From Macrostomum lignano (taxonomy: Eukaryota), in the NCBI GenBank assembly GCA_002269645.1, contig NIVC01002201.1, forward strand, positions 264,277-328,276: DNA of 64,000 nucleotides, in the 5' to 3' direction. Within the stretch, counting starts at the first letter, position 1. Each line of letters starts with the position of its first letter. The notes beneath the pieces were generated by a model, which was not told where the DNA came from, searched no databases, and worked only from the letters and a program-made list of their open reading frames with translations. Made by a program: the position numbers and the translations under genes. Positions 62,201-64,000 of this stretch are shown here, piece by piece.

Positions 62201-63630
62201 TTCATAGAATCAGCCGAGAATCTTACTCTAGCGAGATCTATAGATTCATAGAATCAGCCAAGATTCTTAGTCTAGCGAGATCTATAGATTCTTAGAATCA
62301 GCCGAGAATCTTACTCTAGCGTGATCTATAGATTCAGAAAAATCTGCCGAGAATCCTAGCCTAGCGAGATCTATAGATTCTTAGAATCAGCCGAGAATCC
62401 TAGCCTAGCGAGATCTATAGATTTTTAGAATCAACCGAGAATCTTAGTCTAGCTAGATCTATAGATTCTTAGAATCAGCCGAGAATCTTAGTCTAGCGAG
62501 ATCTATAGATTCTTAGAATCAGCCGAGAATCTTACTCTAGCGAGATCTATAGATTCTTAGAATCAGCCGAGAATCTTACTCTAGCGAGATCTATAGATTC
62601 TTAGAATCAGCCGAGAATCTTACTCTAGCGAGATCTATAGATTCTTAGAATCAGCCGAGAATCTTACTCTAGCGAGATCTATAGATTCTTAGAATCAGCC
62701 GAGAATCCTAGCCTTGAGAGATCTGTAGATTCTTAGAATCAACCGAGAATCTTAGTCTAGCGAGATCTATAGATTCTTAGAATCAGCCGAGAATCTTAGT
62801 CTAGCTAGATCTATAGATTCTTAGAATCAGCCGAGAATCTTCTTAGTCTAGCGAGATCTATAGATTCTTAGAATCAGCCGAGAATCTTACTCTAGCGAGA
62901 TCTATGGATTCTTAGAATCAGCCGACAATCTTAGTCTAGCGTGATCTATAGATTCTTAGAATCAGCCGAGAATCTTACTCTAGCGAGATATATATAGATT
63001 CTTAGAATCAGCCGAGAATCTTACTCTAGCGAGATCTATATAGATTCTTAGAATCAGCCGAGAATCTTACTCTAGCGAGATCTATATAGATTCTTAGAAT
63101 CAGCCGAGAATCTTACTCTAGCGAGATCTATAGATTCTTAGAATCAGCCGAGAATCCTAGCCTAGCGAGATCTATAGATTCTTAGAATCAACCGAGAATC
63201 CTAGCCTAGCGAGATCTATAGATTCATAGAATCAGCCGAGAATCCTAGCCTAGCGAGATCTATAGATTCTTAGAATCAACCAAGATTCTTAGCCTAGCGA
63301 GATCTATAGATTCATAGAATCAGCCAAGATTCTTAGTCTAGCGAGATCTATAGATTCATAGAATCAGCCGAGAATCTTACTCTAGCGAGATCTATAGATT
63401 CATAGAATCAGCCAAGATTCTTAGTCTAGCGAGATCTATAGATTCGAAGAATCAGCCAAGATTCTTACTCTAGCGAGATCTATAGATTCATAGAATCAGC
63501 CAAGATTCTTAGTCTAGCGAGATCTATAGATTCTTAGAATCAGCCAAGATTCTTAGTCTAGCGAGATCTATAGATTCGAAGAATCAGCCAAGATTCTTAG
63601 TCTAGCGAGATCTGTAGTCTCTTAGAATCA
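56215..63630. repeat. 44-bp palindromic satellite CCGAGAATCTTAGTCTAGCGAGATCTATAGATTCTTAGAATCAG (~165 units)
   Basis: Period 44, with recurring variant blocks. Confidence 0.98.
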
Positions 63631-64000
63631 GCCGAAAATAGCTGAAATATAGACCCTCAGCTATAGAAACATTATTAGAACATCTCCAGAAAAGGAATGC
63701 GGCACATCTAAAAGTCCAGGACAGGCTGGAACCAAGGTACAAAATTAGCTAATGCACGGAGGACAAACATCACACAGCTCGCCTCCAATCCACAGAGATC
63801 GATACAGCACTCTCCTTTCCTGCAGTTAGCTAGGCAGGACTGTCTGCTACAGTGAAACTATCGAAATAGCTTCGGCACTTGTGCAGCTCTCCATTCAAGA
63901 CTTTTGAATACCCGCCCTGGTGGCAGTTCATTTGTCCATCTTTACTTTGCTACTGAAATATGCAATTATTGCCAAAAAACACAATCGACCAATAGAAAAG

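Overview
This is animal nuclear DNA with AT-rich introns and GC-, Gln- and Pro-rich exons, and roughly half of it is tandem repeat. The style resembles repeat-rich free-living flatworm genomes such as Macrostomum, but that is an inference. Most ORFs in the supplied track are artefacts of tandem arrays. Reading splice sites by hand gave two convergent genes with consistent intron phases. (1) The 3' part of a TRPA-like cation channel lies on + (10 exons, 188-8474, about 454 aa covering the last ankyrin/linker region, S1-S6, the TRP-like helix and the C-terminus); its 5' end is outside the window. (2) A complete Caskin-like scaffold lies on - (13 exons, 48704-9385, 1193 aa: ankyrin repeats, SH3, SAM-SAM, Pro-rich region, Caskin tail motif), with a probable alternative first exon at 20388-19861. 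Also present: an intronic tRNA-Ile gene with a GAU anticodon (unusual for a eukaryote), a dead Tc1 transposase fragment, two tRNA-derived SINE families, degenerate LINE RT pieces and more than 25 distinct tandem arrays. Almost every long intron is filled by its own array. A 7.4-kb palindromic 44-bp satellite with nested higher-order periods closes the window. All coordinates were read manually; exon edges are exact to my reading and repeat edges are approximate.
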